Positions 62,387 to 64,000 of a DNA stretch of 64,000 bases are shown piece after piece (positions within the stretch are counted from its first letter, which is position 1; each line of letters starts with the position of its first letter). The position numbers and the translations under genes were made by a program. This DNA is from Macrostomum lignano (taxonomy: Eukaryota). The stretch covers positions 1 to 64,000 of the forward strand of contig NIVC01000099.1 in assembly GCA_002269645.1 (NCBI GenBank), written 5' to 3'. The notes beneath the pieces are model-generated. The model was given only the letters and a program-made list of their open reading frames with translations, was not told the DNA's origin and ran no database searches.

Positions 62387-63427
62387 GTTCAGAGTTAACA
62401 AAGAGAAAAATCAAGCTTTGCCTCATGTGAGGAGTGAATTAAAAGTACAAAAGGGAATTGAAAGCTGAGGCAATAACAGCGCGCTGGCAGGGGCACAAGT
62501 CACTACAAGCCCTAAAGAGGCTTGAAGTCGGTGAAGATCAGGTGTAGAAACGGCAAAACTTCCAGACGCAGCAGATAGTAAGGAAAAATTGGTTAAAAAG
62601 TTTAAACAACGAATAAACAAAACATGTTGGCTGTTGTATTTGCGTTCTAAGTCTAATAAAAGTTTCGTTAGTTTAAAACGGCCCTTTTAAGAACACACTC
62701 AATGTCGGCCAAAGAACAGAAGATTACAAGTAGGGCCAGGACAAGGACGCAAAGAGCAACCAGAACATTTTTTATTGAAGTTAAAGGCACAGCCAGCACA
62801 AGAACCGATTTACTTGAAGTGTTCGATTTTTCTACGAAAGATGAAATTCATTTGATATGACTTGGCAACTCCGAGCATGAGGCCCAGAAGCGTCCCAGAG
62901 AGTCACTCGCGTCGCCTCAGAGTCGTTGCAGGTTACGCAGTTAAAGTAAGAAAGCAGTGACTCCAGACGACTCTGAAGCAACGTAGAAAACTCGTCAAAA
63001 GTCGCCCACAGAGCCAATTTGAGGCGTTTTATTGTCTGCGATTCCGGGGCGACACAACCAAGTGACTCTGGAGCCGTAGTCGGACCTGAGGCGTGGTGGA
63101 GTCGCTGTAGAAGCACTGAGTTGCCTCTAGAGCGCATCTGCGTCACTTGATGAACCAGAATCGCATTTTGAAGTTATAACAATTCTACAGTCGCCTCTCA
63201 GTCGCATTGCAGTTGTTTGAGTCGTTAAAAAGTGACGACAAAGTCGCCAAAGAGTTGCAATGAGTCTGAAGCGGTTCTGGTTGCGGTAACGTTCTCAACG
63301 GGATGAAGCCCAGTATGGCAACCGAATGCGTATCAATTTTCAGAAAAATTTAGCAGCTTGAGATGAAAATTGCATTATAGGATTTTTAAAATCTAACAAA
63401 AACGGCCCTTCTCAGGGCGGTCCCACG

Positions 63428-64000
63428 CTACACAATGTTATTCCGCTTAATCAGACACCGGATGGCCTCCGACCGTTCAGCGGCCAGCACCAACTCCGGG
63501 TCCAGCGCGGCGGCGATCTCGTAGTGCTTAGCGGCCTCAAGCCAGTCATTGGAGCCGGCGTGGATGTTGGCCAGGGCCATGTGGCCCGCCGCAGTCGGCT
63601 GAGACTGCGCGAACGCCAGGTCGATCAGGACGAAGGCCAGACGCCGGCCGACTTCATCATACAGACCGAGCAGCTCGGCGAGGCCCAGCAGAGCCACGTG
63701 CCTCGCACCTGCTGGCGCCCAGTCGTGGGCGGTCAGCAGGCACTCGAACGCGGCCGTGTGGTTGCCATGGCGACGGTGCTGCAGCGCTGCCAGCGCGGCC
63801 GAGGCCCAGGCCTCCGAGGACGGCGTGCCCGGCCGCCGGTTCGGCACCAGCCTGGCAATCTCGGCCTCGTTGTTCGCCATGTCCGAGCCGAGGTCCGACC
63901 AGCGCAAGCCCAGGCCGGACAGCAGTTCGGCCAGCTGGCCGCCCAGCCGCTTATTGGCCTCGGATAAGGCGGCAACCGGCTCAGCGTCCGGACGGAAGAA
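63428..64000 (-). CDS. TPR protein 3' exon, TTC17-like (open to window edge)
   Basis: AFECLLTAHDWAP..HVALLGLAELL..HMALANIH..AAKHYEIAAALDP..AIRC resembles the TTC17 TPR block. Confidence 0.65.
   Translation of the reverse strand, partial: FFRPDAEPVAALSEANKRLGGQLAELLSGLGLRWSDLGSDMANNEAEIARLVPNRRPGTPSSEAWASAALAALQHRRHGNHTAAFECLLTAHDWAPAGARHVALLGLAELLGLYDEVGRRLAFVLIDLAFAQSQPTAAGHMALANIHAGSNDWLEAAKHYEIAAALDPELVLAAERSEAIRCLIKRNNIV

Noticed and set aside
62760-63290. Region rich in GAGTCG/CGACTC motifs
   Set aside because: Looks like a repeat relic, but no termini could be defined.

Overview
Eukaryotic (metazoan) genomic DNA. The evidence is GT-AG introns, a GRB2 adaptor, a nuclear receptor and replication-type histone genes with 3' stem-loops. 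GC-rich exons and a minisatellite in every intron resemble a free-living flatworm such as Macrostomum, but the organism is only my inference. Protein-coding genes are RTF1 (+, 3' part), TRIP11/GMAP-210 (+), a divergent nuclear receptor (-), GRB2 (-), CNOT2 (-), a REX1-B-domain gene (+), H2B, H3 and H2A (all -), a frameshifted H2B (+) and the 3' end of a TTC17-like TPR gene (-). Mobile DNA includes an intact maT-like Tc1/mariner element with DD39D spacing, an internally deleted hAT, two hAT MITEs with 8-bp TSDs, two foldback elements and a probable decayed LINE. A 5-kb satellite of 23-bp units contains an 874-bp (38-mer) higher-order repeat. The best candidates for something new are: (1) each histone gene has a second, same-orientation stem-loop downstream that keeps the 5' half AAAACGGCCCTT and has a degenerate 3' arm; (2) a CpG-poor, TpA/CTAG-rich block that looks hypermutated by C>T; (3) an intron made of about 30 tandem CAG|GTGAAT ratchet-like sites; (4) two genes whose ORF opens right after a splice acceptor, compatible with an AUG donated by a spliced leader; (5) an H3 with SAVQ at residues 87-90. 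RTF1, TRIP11 and CNOT2 each carry a 1-nt deletion in a homopolymer, most likely long-read errors. All coordinates and counts were read by hand, and all homology calls come from recalled family motifs, not database searches.
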